Shown here piece after piece: positions 60,121 through 64,000 of a stretch of 64,000 nt of DNA (the stretch's first letter is position 1; each line of letters begins with the position of its first letter). Location of the stretch: the NCBI RefSeq assembly GCF_009914755.1, contig NC_060929.1; one strand, written 5' to 3'. The translations under genes were made by a program, and so were the position numbers. This DNA comes from the human T2T-CHM13v2.0 reference genome, Homo sapiens. The notes beneath the pieces were generated by a model. That model searched no databases and had not been told where the DNA came from. It worked only from the letters and a program-made list of their open reading frames with translations.

Positions 60121-62372
60121 GATGAATGCTATTCTTTATGGTCTAAAAGGCATTTCTTTGAGAATTGGGGTTAAAAAACAAATATCTGTTAATAGAAATA
60201 AAAACGTAATATGGGTGAGAAGTGTTGGTTAGTGTAAACGGGTGAATTTGTTCTTCATCTAAATGTGAGGGTGGAAAAGAGGATATCTTTGGAAAAATTG
60301 TGGGGATGTAGTGCTAGGAATGAAGGCGTGGAGGATGATGGAATCTTCCAGTTCCCTGTTTTTCCCAACAGGCACATTATTCCATTATATGGAAATAGAG
60401 TGGTCTAGGACTGCTCATTTTGTGCTTGGCAGAATAAGCACTGGTGTGCAGAGTACTTTCTCAGTGCCTATGAACTTTGTGAATTTTCTAAAGTAAAATG
60501 AGTCAGAGAGTAATCCCATCTTATTGGCTAAATCATGGTAAGTAGTGATTTTTAGTCACAGAAGCAGCCTTGTCTTCCTTTGTCTCCATATTGAGGATAG
60601 AAAATATAGCAAGAAACAGCAGTTCCAATCCTGCTACTCAAAAAAGAGGCTCTCATTTGGGTACTGATTCTGGCTTAAGATAGGTAATAAATGGGAAGAA
60701 CATGGAGAAATTGTAGCAGTTGATGACCCATATTAATGAGAAATTTTGGTTGAGAAAATACCTTTTTTTTTTCTCTCTCATAATACAATCTTACGACAGG
60801 AGAATAATACACTTCACTGCTACTTTCAGATGTGATACCATGGCATAGCTGCTGCTGGGAAAGCTCACAGGTTTGATTTCCTATAAGAAGATTAATTTTA
60901 TATAAATCAGTTTAAAAGGATTTTTCAAGGTACCTATATATGTGATTTAGTAAAAAGATGGCACCAAACATCATTTAATCACCATTGTAAATAATAGCTG
61001 TTTGATGTTGATTGAGTTATTTTTTGGTTATTATGCTTATTATATGCATTCTTTTACAGACTTGAAATTTCTACCTTTGAACCATGCAGGTCATTTTGTT
61101 ACTGTCAGTGGTCAGCATATCTACTGCGTTGTTGTGAACCAGGATGACGTATTGTTAAGGCAATTATCCGTGTTGAAGAGAAACACGTCGCTGCTGCTTG
61201 CTTGATGTGGCTGCAACAACAAAGCTGTTTTGACTACTCTAGGTAAAAAATGGGGTTTGAACACTACAAAATCAGGCACCTACAGAATCACAGTAGGATC
61301 TGAGTAGGTGAATATTGTCATAAAATGCTGGCCAAATATCTCATTATTTACACCTAATATTCAAGAAAGACAGTCATGAGAAACTTTATGACATACTCAG
61401 ACAGAACTGAATCTATTGGCAGAATATATTCCCAACTAATCATCTCTCATGGGATACAACATTGTGTTTTCAAAATACCTTAACTGCATTCACCTCTCGT
61501 CATTCAGTAACAACATTTGGGGTGGCTGAACCAACACCAGCTCCAAGGCCTTAGATGTCCTGGAATATTGTGTGTTACGTGAATGATAGATTATTGTTCT
61601 GGATATTTAGTAACATTATGAAAAGGTGTTATTAACCCAGCTAAGGACACCAGAATCACTTTCATGGGAAACTAGCAGAACATTGCAATTGGCCAAGTAC
61701 CAAACTTAACTGTTTATAATTCTAAGATATGCAGAGAAAGAATACAAGAAAAATAATTAGCAACCCAGCCAGTGATTCCAAGTCTTTACTAAAGATTAGT
61801 AAAAGAACTTTGGTGGATGTACAATTTGACTTAAGTACTGAAAGGTGAGTAGAAATTAATCAGTAAAATGTGAGAAAAATTTAGGATATGCTTATCATAA
61901 AACTGTACAAATTTTTCAATGATACCCAAAATGTAAGACATGCTGAAATAATCTATTTCCATGGATCAAACTCATCCCAAATAAAGTACTGGAAAACCAA
62001 GATACATTAAAAAGTATTCTATCTTATGGTTTGCTGGAGTTCAACACATACAGCCCCAATATGAGGATACGCTTTAGCTTCTGAGGATGTATTTTGCCAT
62101 CTTCTTTGTATACATCACCTGTATTTGCTCACCACCCCCATGGCGTTGTCCCAATGAGGGAAGGTACTTTTTTGAGTTAATAGGAGGTATAAACATACTT
62201 GTCATTGATTGATATTGATTTTAGAATTGGAATGAAATTATTCCCAATGATTATTCTATCATATTAAATATCTAATAATTGATCATGATGCAACGGCAGA
62301 GGCAAAGACAGGGACATAAAAGACTGGAGAAATTCACAGATAAAATCTTTAATAGAAGATTGGTAGGAAGAC

Positions 62373-62672
<300 letters not shown>

Positions 62673-62758
62673 TTAGTTGAAAGAAATTAGAAGACACTCC
62701 CTAAAAATATAACATTGACAAAAAATATTTCTCTATATGTTTCTCTCTACATATGGGT

Positions 62759-63112
62759 TGATATGTTTTGGCTGTGTCCCCACCTAAATTTCATCATGAG
62801 TTGTAATCCTTATAATCCCCATGTGTTGTGGGAGGGATCCTGTAGGGAATTGAATCATGGGGGCCGTTTCCCCCATGCTGTTCTGATGATAGTGAGTGAG
62901 TTATCACGAGATTCAGATCTGATAGTTTTATTAGCATCTGGCATTTCCCCTGCTGGCATTCATTCTCTCTCCTGCCACCCTGTGAAGACTGATTGTAAGT
63001 TTCCTGAGGTCTCCGCAACTATATACAACTGTGAGTCAATTAAACCTGTTTTCTTTAAAAATTACCCAGTTTGGGGTATTTCCTCATAGCTGCATGAGAA
63101 TGACCTAATACA
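62759..63112 (+). mobile_element. THE1D-like solo LTR
   Basis: tgatatgttttggctgtgtcccc...gcatctggcatttcccctgctggc...tgacctaataca. Confidence 0.88.
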
Positions 63113-63360
63113 TGTATATACGATATGTATATATGTATACGTACGTACGTATGTACGTATACATATATATACGTATATATACGTATATACTTATATGTAT
63201 GTATATATACGTATATGTATGTATATATACGTATATGTGTATATATGTCTATATACACATATATACGTATGTATGTATATGTATATACACACATATATAC
63301 ATATACGTATGTATATATACATATATGTATATATGTGTGTATATACATATATACGCACAC
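63113..63360. repeat. Alternating purine-pyrimidine microsatellite (TA/TATG/TATACG)
   Basis: Seen directly. Confidence 0.92.
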
Positions 63361-63364
63361 ACCC

Positions 63365-64000
63365 ATTATATATATATACAACATATATATTTATAATGAT
63401 ATATATGTTATATGTATTTTTATAAATATATAAAAATATATAAATATATTATATATAATTTATATATAATATATATTTTATTTATATATAATATATAAAT
63501 GATATATCTAATATATAATATAATTATATATATTATATATTATATATATAATTATATTAATATATTAGATATATAATATATATTTATATGTAAATATGTA
63601 TATATAATATATACATGTATAATATATAATATGTATATTTAGATATTAATATATAATATAATATATAAATATATTATATATTATTTATAATATATAATAT
63701 ATAAATATATTATAAATATTATAATATATTATAATATTTATAATATATAAATATATGATAATATATTATAATATTTATAATATAATATAAAATATATAAT
63801 ATATATTATAATATATAATGTATATAATACAATATAATATAATATAATATATGATATATATTACAATATATAATGTATATTATAATATATAATATAATAT
63901 ATATAATATAATATAATATATAATACAATATATATAATATAATATATAATATAATATATCATATATAATATATAATATTATATATTATAATACGTATTAT
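63365..64000. repeat. Very AT-rich (TA)n/(TAATA)n low-complexity tract running off the window
   Basis: Seen directly. Confidence 0.95.

Noticed and set aside
63055-63433. Overlapping Y/I/V/T-rich ORFs
   Set aside because: Artefacts of a stop-poor TA/TATG microsatellite.

Overview
This is AT-rich, repeat-dense primate (human or great-ape type) intergenic DNA. I find no host protein-coding gene, RNA gene or CRISPR array. The only real long reading frame belongs to a full-length L1PA2-like LINE-1 (29400-35460, 13-bp TSD). It has a complete 5'UTR, an intact 71-aa antisense ORF0 and an uninterrupted 1275-aa ORF2, but ORF1 is broken by a single CGA>TGA stop and the RT motif reads LADD instead of FADD. 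This L1 sits inside a nested structure: an LTR16/HERV16-like provirus containing an MLT2 LTR, a one-LTR MER4 provirus, two AluY and an LTR7C solo LTR. The rest of the window is Alus, MaLR/ERV LTRs, a complete THE1 element, old L1/L2 fragments, DNA transposons and microsatellites. The least expected signals are small rearrangement scars: a 134-bp local copy of an LTR12 segment with a palindromic junction, a perfect 46-bp palindrome, a fold-back at an LTR end, and a tail-less internal L1 fragment. I did not find evidence for a new biological system. Subfamily names come from recalled consensus sequences, not a database search, and boundaries of old elements are approximate.
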